From an uncultured Lachnospiraceae bacterium (GTDB lineage Bacteria; Bacillota; Clostridia; Christensenellales; UBA1242), in the NCBI GenBank assembly GCA_964653635.1, contig CAZZGZ010000001.1, positions 139,986 through 203,668 of the forward strand: 63,683 bases of DNA, read 5' to 3'. The translations under genes and the position numbers were made by a program. This document shows positions 9,171 to 19,044 of this stretch, piece by piece (position 1 is the stretch's first letter; each line of letters opens with the position of its first letter). The notes under the pieces are model-generated. The model searched no databases and was not told the origin of the DNA. It worked only from the letters and a program-made list of their open reading frames with translations.

Positions 9171-11258
9171 TTACCTTACCCTATAAACATTTTGCGTAAA
9201 TTTCTTTGACTTTATTTGTGAAATCAATTTCTCAATATCTTGTTTTGACCTCACACCAACCACTATTTCAAATTTAATTCTATCCACCTGCATACTTGTG
9301 TTTAAAGAACGAATAACAAATCCTCCATCAGTTATAAGCTTAGTTATTTTTGCAACTACGTCATATTCGTTATCAGTTATTACTTTAATATCCGCAAAGA
9401 ACTCACGAGTAACCTTTTCTTCAAAACATGCCGGGAGTATTCTTTCCTTTTCAAGGTATCTAAGATTACAACATTCCTTTCTATGGATAGTCACCCCTTT
9501 GCCTCTTGATATATAACCAACTATTTCATCCCCTACAACAGGATTACAACATCCAGCATATCTAACAAGCATGCCAGTATCTCCATCCACCATAACGCCA
9601 TCAGCATTCTTATGCAGATGTATTTTTTCCTCATTCAAAGGCTCGAATTTTTTAGTTTGAGTGTAAAATGCGTTAAGATTGCCGATAACTCTATTTGCCG
9701 TTAATGTGCCTTGTCCGATTGAAGCATATAGCTCTTCAATACTATCAAGTTCAAATTTATCAAGGAGTTTGTTTATAAACTCCTGTTTTAAAAGATCTTT
9801 ACTAAGGCCTCTTACCTTCAAATTTTCAAGTAATATAGCTTCTCCATTTTTTATGTTCTCAGTTTTTAAGGCTTCTTTAAAAAATGACTTAATCTTACTT
9901 CTTGCACTCGAAGTTTTGATAACTTTAAGCCAATCTCGTGAGGGACCTTTTGAATTCGGATTTGTAAGAATTTCTACTGTGTCACCTGTTTTAAGCTCAG
10001 TGGTGATTGGAACAATCTTACCATTAATTTTTGCTCCAACACATTTATGTCCCACATCACTGTGAATTGCATAAGCAAAGTCAATTACACAAGCACCTTC
10101 AGGGAACTCAATTACTTTACCTTTTGGTGTTTGAACAAAAATCTCACCTTGATAAAGATTGATTTTCAAAGTTTCGATAAATTCTTTTGAAGATTGATTT
10201 TTAGAATTATCTATAATCAACCTCAGCCATGCTAATTTTGCATCAAGAGCATTTTGCTTTGTGCGTTTTTCTTTATACATCCAATGTGCTGCAAGACCAT
10301 ACTCTGCAATTTTATGCATAGAAAATGTACGTATTTGAATTTCTAATGGTCTTGAATTTTCCGCAATTATTGTAGTGTGCAAACTTTGATATCCATTTTG
10401 CTTAGGATTTGCTATATAATCCTTCACTCTACCATCTATAGGCTTATATATGGAATGTATTTTGCCTAATACACTATAACATTCTTCAACTTTCTCACAA
10501 ATAACACGCATAGCAATAAGGTCATATATCATACCTAAACTTCTATTTTTTTCTTTTATCTTTTTATAGATACTAGAAAAATGTTTTTGTCTATATGTTA
10601 TCTCATAATTAGAAATTCCAAGTTCTTTCATTATCTTTTCTAATTTTAATTTAGTAATTGCAATTTGCTTTTCATTCTCTTCTTTTTTTAAAAGGACATT
10701 GCTTTCAAGTTCCTTGTATATTTCAGGTTCCTGATATTTTAAGCAAAGATCTTCAAGCTCAGACTTTAACTTATTTAACCCCAATCTTTCTGCTAAAGGT
10801 GCATAAATTTCTTTAACATATTTAACCATACGAGCATCTTTTGGTGACAGAGGCATTCTGATCTTAAGCATATTATAATTAATCATTGCAAGTTTAACAA
10901 TTATCGTTCTAAGATCCTGACAAATTGCAATAAACATATTACGAACATCATCTGCCTCCTCACTTTTTGTGATTTTTGTTATATCACGTGTAGTTTTGAA
11001 TATGTTATACATTTTTGTAACATCAGCGTTTACGCAAATAAGAAGCTCGTCAGCAATTTTATCATTTCTCTTCCATACTTCATAAATTAGATATGCAATA
11101 CATACATTAAAATCTAACTTAAATTCAATAATAAAATCGGTAACAAATATAACCCGCTCCTCATCAAAATCTTGAGTTAAAATCTTTATCAAAAGATCCT
11201 TTTCTTCACCCTTTAATTTATAATTATTTTCTATTTTTTCTAAAATCTTTTCGTTCAT
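9171..11258 (-). CDS. relA: Long RelA/SpoT homolog, (p)ppGpp synthetase with degenerate hydrolase domain
   Basis: YAPLAERLG, RQKHFSSIYKK, YDLIAMR, KDYIANPKQNGYQSLHTT, EIQIRT, then TGS, CCNPVVGD and ACT domains. Confidence 0.93.
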   Translation of the reverse strand: MNEKILEKIENNYKLKGEEKDLLIKILTQDFDEERVIFVTDFIIEFKLDFNVCIAYLIYEVWKRNDKIADELLICVNADVTKMYNIFKTTRDITKITKSEEADDVRNMFIAICQDLRTIIVKLAMINYNMLKIRMPLSPKDARMVKYVKEIYAPLAERLGLNKLKSELEDLCLKYQEPEIYKELESNVLLKKEENEKQIAITKLKLEKIMKELGISNYEITYRQKHFSSIYKKIKEKNRSLGMIYDLIAMRVICEKVEECYSVLGKIHSIYKPIDGRVKDYIANPKQNGYQSLHTTIIAENSRPLEIQIRTFSMHKIAEYGLAAHWMYKEKRTKQNALDAKLAWLRLIIDNSKNQSSKEFIETLKINLYQGEIFVQTPKGKVIEFPEGACVIDFAYAIHSDVGHKCVGAKINGKIVPITTELKTGDTVEILTNPNSKGPSRDWLKVIKTSSARSKIKSFFKEALKTENIKNGEAILLENLKVRGLSKDLLKQEFINKLLDKFELDSIEELYASIGQGTLTANRVIGNLNAFYTQTKKFEPLNEEKIHLHKNADGVMVDGDTGMLVRYAGCCNPVVGDEIVGYISRGKGVTIHRKECCNLRYLEKERILPACFEEKVTREFFADIKVITDNEYDVVAKITKLITDGGFVIRSLNTSMQVDRIKFEIVVGVRSKQDIEKLISQIKSKKFTQNVYRVR

Positions 11259-11259
11259 A

Positions 11260-13611
11260 CTACCTCATTTCTTTCAGTGAAAGTAATTTTCTATATATTT
11301 TAGAAGAATTTAAGTCGTGTTTTTTAGTATTTATGACCTTAATCATCATAATTTGCTTATACTCAACTTTCAGAATATTTAGTTCCTCAAAGACCAAAAT
11401 CGCACTATAAAAAGTATTAAAACGAATATTTTTGTTTTCGATCTGCTTATGATAAAAATCAAACAAATTTATATACATTCTATCCGATTTTGTTGTTAAA
11501 ATTTTATATATTTTGCCAAAAGTTTCTCTTGATAAATCAATTCCCTGATAATTTCTTTTATCAATTTGCTTATCTATAGGCAAAAATATTTCCGCATTAG
11601 ATACCTTTTGTATTTCGCTAATATATCCCCAAGATAACACCGGCGAAAGAAAAATAATTTTGGAAAAGTTTTTTGCCCAATCCACTTTTTGAGGTGAAAG
11701 TAAAATAGAATTATAACCTGTGGCACATTCACTACATGCTAAAACCTCATAAATATTCTTCTGCTCATATATTCTTGAAAATTCAACAAAGTCATACCCT
11801 GAAAAAGTGACAAATGCTGTACCAAATACAGTAGTATTCAAATTCGAAACAAATTTAATAAGATCATTTTTCGTATAATAATTAAATTTAATATCTTTGT
11901 CCTTTTCATACAATAATTGTTGCAACTCAAAAGGCTTGGTCAAAAAATTCGCATTTGATGTTATTAACTTTCCCCCATCAAAATCAGTAACTATCCCCTT
12001 TTTTTTACACTCACCAGTAAGTTCAAAAATAAAAGATTTTTGACGGGATAACTCAAGCATACTAGCATAAGAAGAGTAATTAAAAAATAGCAATTCCAAA
12101 TCATTTATCTTGATTTGTGCATGTAATATATTATACTTCATTGGTTGTATTTCTGCATTTTCTGTGGTAATTTTAAAACGAGGTCTTGGATTACCACATC
12201 CAACTGGTTCTAAAAGTTCAAGTTCCTTTAAAAAGAGTGGTGTAATTTCTTCAGTTGTAATCTCTTGGTCATAATACTTTATGGGCATGAAAGCCTTGTC
12301 CGAGTACTCCTTATACACAAAAGCATTTACACGCCTATTAAATTCTTCATAATTTGCTCTTTTAAGTGTCAAACCTACAGCCATAGTATGACCACCATAG
12401 GTACTTAATATGTCCTTGCACGACACAATTAATTGATGAATATTGATATCATCTATACTGCGACCTGAACCTGTTAACATCTCTCCATCATAAGCAAAAA
12501 GGAATACAGGTCTCTTGTATTTTTCAACAAGACGAGAACATGCAATGCCCAATATACCTTGATCCCATGTTTTTGATGCAAGACAGATCACACGAGTATT
12601 TTTCATATCTTGTCTTTCTAGAGCTTTTATAGCATCTTCGGTAACTTTCGTACAAAGTTTCTGCCTTTTTTCATTATGCTCATTGATTTTTGATATATAA
12701 TATTTTAACTTGACAGGGTCATCTAACATATACAGCATAAGTGAATCTGAAGCATCACCCATACGCCCTGACGCATTTAATTTAGGTGAAATTTTAAAAG
12801 AGATGTCAGTAGATGTTACCTTAGTAAGATGGAGATTGTTCTCTTTTAAGAGCATTTTTATTCCTATGGGCAAATACTTTTCAAACAAAGCAAGCCCCTT
12901 TTTTACAATGGCTCTATTTTCGCCTATCAAAGGCACGATATCAGCAATAGTAGCTATCGCTGCAATAGGCAAAAACTCCTCCGCCACTTTTTCGCCTAGT
13001 AATGCCTCAGCAATTTTATATGCAAGGCCAGTACCACAAAGCTCAGTAAAACCAAAAGCTTGTCCTTTTATTTTTGCATTTAGCACGATAGTATCTGGTA
13101 AAATATCAGGTATTTCATGATGATCTGTAATGATAATCTCAATACCTTTTTCTTTTGCATACTCTACTTCTTCATAACAACTTATACCACAATCAACTGT
13201 TATTATAAGATTTGGCATATATTCCTGTGCAATTCGATCAATACACTCCCGTGACAATCCATAACCATCAACATACCTATTTGGCAAAAAGAAATCAGCT
13301 TCAATACCATATTTTTTAAGAGCTTTTAACATAATGGCAGTTGCAGACACACCATCAACGTCATAATCGCCAAAAATCAAAACTTTATCACCCATAAGTT
13401 TTGCAAATTTGATGCGTTCTATAAGTTCCCGCATATTTAGTAGATCAAAAGGATTTAAAAGTGTATCTGGGTGTAAAAATTCATCAATTTCAATTTCATT
13501 ATCAAGTCCCCGATTAAGTAGTAAAGACATTGTCCTTTGTGACAATCCAAATTTTTCTGAATAATCTTTGATTTTCTCAGCGTTATGGTTGTAATATTGT
13601 TTAAAAATCAT
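11260..13611 (-). CDS. recJ: Single-stranded-DNA-specific exonuclease RecJ
   Basis: GDYDVDG, TVDCG, TDHH and GGHTMAVG (DHH/DHHA1); start moved to ATG 13611 after AGGTG. Confidence 0.95.
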   Translation of the reverse strand: MIFKQYYNHNAEKIKDYSEKFGLSQRTMSLLLNRGLDNEIEIDEFLHPDTLLNPFDLLNMRELIERIKFAKLMGDKVLIFGDYDVDGVSATAIMLKALKKYGIEADFFLPNRYVDGYGLSRECIDRIAQEYMPNLIITVDCGISCYEEVEYAKEKGIEIIITDHHEIPDILPDTIVLNAKIKGQAFGFTELCGTGLAYKIAEALLGEKVAEEFLPIAAIATIADIVPLIGENRAIVKKGLALFEKYLPIGIKMLLKENNLHLTKVTSTDISFKISPKLNASGRMGDASDSLMLYMLDDPVKLKYYISKINEHNEKRQKLCTKVTEDAIKALERQDMKNTRVICLASKTWDQGILGIACSRLVEKYKRPVFLFAYDGEMLTGSGRSIDDINIHQLIVSCKDILSTYGGHTMAVGLTLKRANYEEFNRRVNAFVYKEYSDKAFMPIKYYDQEITTEEITPLFLKELELLEPVGCGNPRPRFKITTENAEIQPMKYNILHAQIKINDLELLFFNYSSYASMLELSRQKSFIFELTGECKKKGIVTDFDGGKLITSNANFLTKPFELQQLLYEKDKDIKFNYYTKNDLIKFVSNLNTTVFGTAFVTFSGYDFVEFSRIYEQKNIYEVLACSECATGYNSILLSPQKVDWAKNFSKIIFLSPVLSWGYISEIQKVSNAEIFLPIDKQIDKRNYQGIDLSRETFGKIYKILTTKSDRMYINLFDFYHKQIENKNIRFNTFYSAILVFEELNILKVEYKQIMMIKVINTKKHDLNSSKIYRKLLSLKEMR

Positions 13612-13820
13612 AACACACCTATCTTTTGGTAATATTTTAAAACATTTAACAAAAAATAGCAAGTGTTTTATAGAACTTTTTAAACAAACACTTGATAACA
13701 TAGAAAAGCCTTCAAATTTTAACCATATCTAACTATTATTAATAACTTATACAATTACCATAATAATTAAAAAACATGACTCAAATCCTTAAAAAAAATT
13801 ATTTTTTATAAAAGCAAGAC

Positions 13821-15182
13821 CTATGAAGAAATCTTCTCACTTTTTGCTTGCTCGGTAACATCCAAAACTTTCAACTCTACTTTTTTAACCCTGCTATCTT
13901 CAATCTCAAGAATTGTAAAAATCAACTCTTTAGTACGTTCCTCATATGAGCCATCCTTCAAAAATTTATCATCTACAGCAAATATACTAACCTTTTCCCC
14001 AATCTCAGGCAGAGTGTTTAATTGTTCATAAATAAGCCCAGCTATTTGTGAATAATCAGTTTTAGGAAGATGTTCAATCTCTAAAAAATCAAAGAGTTCT
14101 TTTATATCCATTTCGGCAGGCAAAATATATGTGTTTTCGCCAGTTTTTACTATTTCCGGTTTAATATCTTCACCCATGTCATGCTCATCATATACTTCAC
14201 CAACCACTTCTTCTATAGTATCTTCAAAAGTGACTAATCCGCTCGTGCCACCATGTTCATCCACAACAATACACATATGTTGTTTCTCTTTTTGCATTAG
14301 TCTTAAAATTTCATCTACTTTCATATTTTCACTAACTGAAATAGGATTGAGAAGAAGTCCTTTCACGTCAATATTTTCCTTCTTTAAGTATGCAGTCGAA
14401 AAGTCTTTGTAATTTAGAATTCCAATTATATGATCTTTATCCTGTTGATACACAGGAAGTCTTGAATAGTTTGATGTCATAAATACTTGCAAAATTGCAT
14501 CTTGATTCATATTTTCATCACTTATGTCTATACCCACTATATCTACACGAGCAGTCATGATATCATAAGCTGTCTTTTCTTGAATGTCAAGAACTCCCTG
14601 AATTAAGTCAGCATCTTGACTTTCAATCACTCCCTCTTCTTCCATTGTATCAATGATATTTTCTAATTCATCTTCTGTCACTGTTGGCTTTACTTTTGTA
14701 TCTTTCTTTGAAAAGAGTTTTTGAATCCCTGAAAATATAAATACAAGTGGGGTCAAAATCTTCATATATCCATACATAAAACCAGAAAATTTTAACGATA
14801 ATTTCTCCGGCGATTTTGAAGCCAAAGTTTTAGGAAGAATTTCTCCAAAAATCAGCACAATTATAGTCATCACTACTGTATTTAAAACGTTAGAAATGGT
14901 AGGATTTGCAATTAAAGCACCAAAAACCAAAGCACAAAGTGTGGTTGAACATATATTTACAAAATTGTTACCTATTAAAATAGCAATAAGCGTCTTATTG
15001 GTATTTTCTGCGATGTATACCGCTTTTTTTGCACCTTTTATTTTGTCATCAGCCATAGATTTAAGCCTTGGCACACTTACTGTGGTAAACGCTGTCTCTG
15101 CCGAAGAGAAAAATGCAGAAAAACACAAAAGAAAAATAATAACAACAAACAACACTATTACAAGCCATGTCGGCAGGTCCAT
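13821..15182 (-). CDS. CNNM/hemolysin-family (DUF21-CBS-CorC) divalent cation transporter
   Basis: SAFFSSAETA, GEILPK, YSRLPVY, VVDEHGGTSGLVTFED. Confidence 0.92.
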   Translation of the reverse strand: MDLPTWLVIVLFVVIIFLLCFSAFFSSAETAFTTVSVPRLKSMADDKIKGAKKAVYIAENTNKTLIAILIGNNFVNICSTTLCALVFGALIANPTISNVLNTVVMTIIVLIFGEILPKTLASKSPEKLSLKFSGFMYGYMKILTPLVFIFSGIQKLFSKKDTKVKPTVTEDELENIIDTMEEEGVIESQDADLIQGVLDIQEKTAYDIMTARVDIVGIDISDENMNQDAILQVFMTSNYSRLPVYQQDKDHIIGILNYKDFSTAYLKKENIDVKGLLLNPISVSENMKVDEILRLMQKEKQHMCIVVDEHGGTSGLVTFEDTIEEVVGEVYDEHDMGEDIKPEIVKTGENTYILPAEMDIKELFDFLEIEHLPKTDYSQIAGLIYEQLNTLPEIGEKVSIFAVDDKFLKDGSYEERTKELIFTILEIEDSRVKKVELKVLDVTEQAKSEKISS

Positions 15183-15324
15183 ATAATGCTCCTTTTCATT
15201 GAGCGTAAAGCAAATATCATCTAAAATTGAATATAAAATTAGAATTTAATAAAATACGATAGTAAAAGTACAAATTTACAAGCCATAACTAACAACCTTT
15301 ATTTGCCAAACTCAAGTATTATCT

Positions 15325-15353
15325 ATTATATCATAACATATTGCATTTGTCAA
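15325..15353 (-). promoter_or_regulatory. SigA promoter of the CNNM gene
   Basis: TTGACA-17nt-TATAAT with TG extension, leaving a leader of about 135 nt. Confidence 0.75.
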
Positions 15354-15483
15354 CTACTCCGTTAAATATGAAAAACTTTGGTAGTTTTATCACAAAAAAC
15401 TCTCTTTTTTTAAATATTGTAAAATGAAATTTTATCAATCTAAAAGCATACCAATGTTATGTAGATGGATTAGAAATATTGTA

Positions 15484-15526
15484 CTATATTTAGTATGTAG
15501 TATGTACATAACACCACGATTTGTTG
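15484..15526 (-). repeat. Dispersed 43-bp motif, copy C (inverted)
   Basis: Minus strand: C aacaaatc G tggtg TTATGTACATAC tacata C taaatata G; just past the fakA terminator. Confidence 0.78.
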
Positions 15527-15528
15527 AA

Positions 15529-15552
15529 TAAAAAAAGAGCATATTTGCTCTT
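15529..15552 (-). terminator. Intrinsic terminator after fakA
   Basis: AAGAGCA-loop-TGCTCTT hairpin followed by a T-run on the minus strand. Confidence 0.65.
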
Positions 15553-15555
15553 AAA

Positions 15556-17190
15556 TTATTCTAATGATATAATATAGTAATAAACTGGTTGATTACCTTT
15601 TGCTATTGTCACTTCGCAAAGAGGCCATTTCTCACCAATTCTTTTTTGAAGTTCATTTGCATCTTCTTCTCGTATATCCTCACCATAAAATAGAGTAATA
15701 TTCATTATATCATCATTAATCATATTCTCTATTAATGAAATAGTTGTATCCGCTACTAGTTTCCCTTTGGCCAGAATTGCTTTATCATCAAGCCCTATGA
15801 TTTCACCTGTCAAAAGATCAAATCCATCAACATGAGTATCTCGCACAGCATAAGTCACCATACCAGATTTGACACTCTTTATCGCTTCCAACATAGCACT
15901 TTGGTTTTCTTCTACTGCCCCATCAGGATTAAAAGCAATAGCTGCAGAAATACCCTCAGGAACTGAACGAGTTGGTATAACCACTAGATTTTTATTCGTT
16001 AAATCTTTCGCTTGTTCAGCCGCTAAAATTATGTTTTTGTTATTTGGAAAGACAAAAACATTCCTTGCAGGTACTTTATTTGCAGCTTGAGCAATATCTT
16101 CCGCCGAAGGATTCATCGTCTGTCCACCAACTATTATTTCGTCAACAGTTAAATCTTTGAATATATCAGCCAGCCCGGACCCAGGGGCAACAGCAATCAT
16201 TCCACTTTCTTTTGTTTCCTCAACACTTGCCGCTTTCTTCTTAAGCTCTCTATTCTGCTCCCTCATGTTTTCTATCTTTATATTCCATAATTCACCAAGT
16301 TCAAGAGCATATCCCAGTGCTTGATTTGGTTCATTCGTATGAACATGAACTTTGACCAAATTCAAATCGCCAATACAGATAACTGAATCACCAATTTCCA
16401 TGAGTCTTTCTCGAAGTTTTGCAATATCTGCCTCAGTAGTCTTTTTAAACATGTTTATAATCATGTATTCCGTACAATAACCAAATTCAATATCTCCAAG
16501 GTTATTAATCTCTGCAATGACATCGTCAACAGACTGTGCCTTTTTGTCACTTTCGTCAAAAGATACATCAAGTTCCTCGCCCATAAGGAGTTTGTAAAAT
16601 CCAGTGAATACAATAATAATACCTCTCCCACCAGCATCTACTACTCCAGCTTTTTTAAGTACAGGCAACATTTCAGGTGTTTCTTTGAGGATTTCTTCAC
16701 CAGTATCTAAAACTTTTTTCAGGAACATTTCAAAATCGTCACATTTTTTCGCAACCGATACCGCATTATCGGCCATAACACGAATAACAGTTAATATAGT
16801 TCCTTCTTTAGGTTTAGTAACCGCTTTATACGCAATAGTCGCTCCTTCTTGCATAGCTCTTGCAAAATCTTTGGTGGTGATGTTTTTACAAGCACCAATT
16901 TCCCTACAAAAACCTTTAAATATCTGTGAAGTAATAACACCACTATTGCCTCTAGCCCCACGCAAAGCACCCTTACTGAATGCACTAGATATATCTGCAA
17001 GAGCGTTGCCTGAAACTTTATTAATCTCTGTTACAGCTGATTTAAGTGTTAAATACATATTTGTCCCTGTATCACCATCTGGAACAGGGAAAACGTTTAA
17101 TGAATCGACATAATCTTTATTTTGTTCAAGTAAAGCTGTTCCCGCAACTAACATTTTGCGAAAGGTAGCACTATTAATTGTTTTTTGCAT
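15556..17190 (-). CDS. fakA: Fatty acid kinase catalytic subunit (DAK2 domain, YloV)
   Basis: LNVFPVPDGDTGTNM, GARGNSGVI, VVDAGG, FGYCTE, GGQTMNPS. Confidence 0.95.
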   Translation of the reverse strand: MQKTINSATFRKMLVAGTALLEQNKDYVDSLNVFPVPDGDTGTNMYLTLKSAVTEINKVSGNALADISSAFSKGALRGARGNSGVITSQIFKGFCREIGACKNITTKDFARAMQEGATIAYKAVTKPKEGTILTVIRVMADNAVSVAKKCDDFEMFLKKVLDTGEEILKETPEMLPVLKKAGVVDAGGRGIIIVFTGFYKLLMGEELDVSFDESDKKAQSVDDVIAEINNLGDIEFGYCTEYMIINMFKKTTEADIAKLRERLMEIGDSVICIGDLNLVKVHVHTNEPNQALGYALELGELWNIKIENMREQNRELKKKAASVEETKESGMIAVAPGSGLADIFKDLTVDEIIVGGQTMNPSAEDIAQAANKVPARNVFVFPNNKNIILAAEQAKDLTNKNLVVIPTRSVPEGISAAIAFNPDGAVEENQSAMLEAIKSVKSGMVTYAVRDTHVDGFDLLTGEIIGLDDKAILAKGKLVADTTISLIENMINDDIMNITLFYGEDIREEDANELQKRIGEKWPLCEVTIAKGNQPVYYYIISLE

Positions 17191-17198
17191 ATTTTCTC

Positions 17199-17552
17199 CT
17201 AGATACGAACCCCTACAACATGAACATTGACAGTATCAACAATCATGCCGGTAAAATTTTCAACACTATACTTGACTGACTTCTTTAAAGATTCAGCTAC
17301 TGCAGTAATAGAAACGCCATATTGCAATATGCAAAATACGTCTATGAAAATTCGGTTCTCAATATGATTTATTCTAATTCCCTTAGAAAAAGGGGTTTTT
17401 TTATTAATTTTGTTTTTGGAATCTTTGAATGACTTAGACTTTACTAAGTCCACTACACCATAACAATCGAGTGCAGTAAAACCAGCAACGACACTTATTG
17501 CATCGTCACTTATCGAAATGTTACCATAATAATTGTTGGTATCTACAGTCAT
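17199..17552 (-). CDS. Asp23/Gls24 family protein (YloU)
   Basis: YGNISISDDAI...CYGVV...VNVHVVGVR; upstream of fakA. Confidence 0.9.
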   Translation of the reverse strand: MTVDTNNYYGNISISDDAISVVAGFTALDCYGVVDLVKSKSFKDSKNKINKKTPFSKGIRINHIENRIFIDVFCILQYGVSITAVAESLKKSVKYSVENFTGMIVDTVNVHVVGVRI

Positions 17553-17753
17553 AACGCCCTCAAAATTATTTTGATTATCAAAGAATTTTAAGATAGTACA
17601 ATATCTTACTCCTATATAATACTATATTTTCAACTAACAATGCAAGCATTTTTTTGTTTTTTTTAGATTTTTTTGATTTATGAGCAAAAAGACTTGCATT
17701 TTTTTTAGAATTGTGTTATATTAAAGAACATTAAACATGAAATGGAGGATAAT

Positions 17754-17930
17754 ATGAGCAGAGTTTGTGAAATATGTGGCAAAAGTCAGATGGATGGAAA
17801 GACAGTTAGTCACGCCAACAACAAAGCACCTAGAAAATATAGAGTTAATTTACAAGAGACTGAAGTTGATGGCAAACGTGTTACAATTTGCACAAAATGT
17901 AAAAAAACACTAAAGAAAGAGGCTCAATAG
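17754..17930 (+). CDS. rpmB: 50S ribosomal protein L28 (zinc-ribbon form)
   Basis: MSRVCEICGK...VSHANNK...NLQ...CTKC; ATG 17754 follows GGAGG. Confidence 0.95.
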   Translation: MSRVCEICGKSQMDGKTVSHANNKAPRKYRVNLQETEVDGKRVTICTKCKKTLKKEAQ

Positions 17931-17931
17931 T

Positions 17932-17949
17932 CACCTTTGGTGTTTTTTT
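17932..17949 (+). terminator. Probable terminator after rpmB
   Basis: CACC-TTT-GGTG followed by T7. Confidence 0.5.
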
Positions 17950-17986
17950 ATTGTCAAAAAAATAAGGTAGTGCATATAATAAGACT

Positions 17987-18103
17987 ATGGAAAACATCAA
18001 ACAGGAAGAAACTAATAAAAATATAAAAATAATATGTGTTAAAGTTCCAAAATTTGCCAAACCATTTCTAAAATTTTTTATAAAAAAAGATGAGCAAAAC
18101 TAA
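17987..18103 (+). CDS. spoVM: SpoVM-like small spore coat morphogenetic peptide (38 aa)
   Basis: Manual translation MENIKQEETNKNIKIICVKVPKFAKPFLKFFIKKDEQN has the KxPKF amphipathic motif; it is adjacent to rpmB and has a SigE-like CATATAAT at 17973-17980. Confidence 0.7.
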   Translation: MENIKQEETNKNIKIICVKVPKFAKPFLKFFIKKDEQN

Positions 18104-18174
18104 TTGCATCGCTTTGCAATTCTAAGTTTTGTCATTTTCATGAAATATAATACTTTTTTCATTTTAAAGACAAT

Positions 18175-19041
18175 TTAATTGTCTTTTTTTATTATTTCTT
18201 TGGCACATGCGACACCTTCTGCTTCAGCACTCACAATCTGTTTAATTGACTCAGAACGGATATCACCTATCGCATACACCATATCTAAGGAAGTTTCAAA
18301 ACTCCCCATCTTAGTGACTATGAAACCATTTTGCATCTTTAATTGACCTTTCAAAAAATCAATTTTAGGCTCGTAGCCCAAGCAAACAAAAAGTCCTGAA
18401 ACTGTTAGCTCGCACCCCCCTTGCGTATATACTCTATTCAAATTTTCTTCACCGCTTATCTTTGTTATTAAATCATTGTGTATAATTATATTATTTTTAA
18501 GGGCTAATCTAGGCATAATTCCCTCATTAAAAAGATAAACTTTATCGCATATGTTGGCAAGGTAGAGTGCAGAGTTGATTCCACTTCCATTTTTTGAGAT
18601 AACAACAACTGTCTTATTCTTATAAAAATATCCATCACAAGTTGCACAATAACTTACGCCTTTGCCGAAAAACAAATCCTCATTTTCAATTTTGGCTTTC
18701 TTAGGAGAAAGTCCACACGCCAACACTAAATTCTTACACTCATATTTATTTTTTTTAGTTTTCACAACTTTTGCTAAATCCAAAAATTCAATATCTATTA
18801 CATTCTCGTATTTTACTTCAACATCAAATCTTTTCACATAGTTTGAAAACTTTTTCCCAAGCTCTATGCCTGATATCTCGTCTTCAGTAGGAAAATTGGC
18901 AATCCTTTCAAGAGAATTAATTTGCCCACCTAAGGCATTTTTTTCGATAATAAGCACGCTCCTACCACTTCTTTTTAAATTTACAGCAAGAGTTATCCCA
19001 GCAGGTCCTCCACCCACAACAATAGTATTATACATATTCAC
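18175..19041 (-). CDS. trxB: Thioredoxin-reductase-like flavoprotein
   Basis: GGGPAG, GKGVSYCATCDG, VYAIGD; NADPH-binding motifs degenerate. Confidence 0.85.
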   Translation of the reverse strand: MNMYNTIVVGGGPAGITLAVNLKRSGRSVLIIEKNALGGQINSLERIANFPTEDEISGIELGKKFSNYVKRFDVEVKYENVIDIEFLDLAKVVKTKKNKYECKNLVLACGLSPKKAKIENEDLFFGKGVSYCATCDGYFYKNKTVVVISKNGSGINSALYLANICDKVYLFNEGIMPRLALKNNIIIHNDLITKISGEENLNRVYTQGGCELTVSGLFVCLGYEPKIDFLKGQLKMQNGFIVTKMGSFETSLDMVYAIGDIRSESIKQIVSAEAEGVACAKEIIKKDN

Positions 19042-19044
19042 ACC

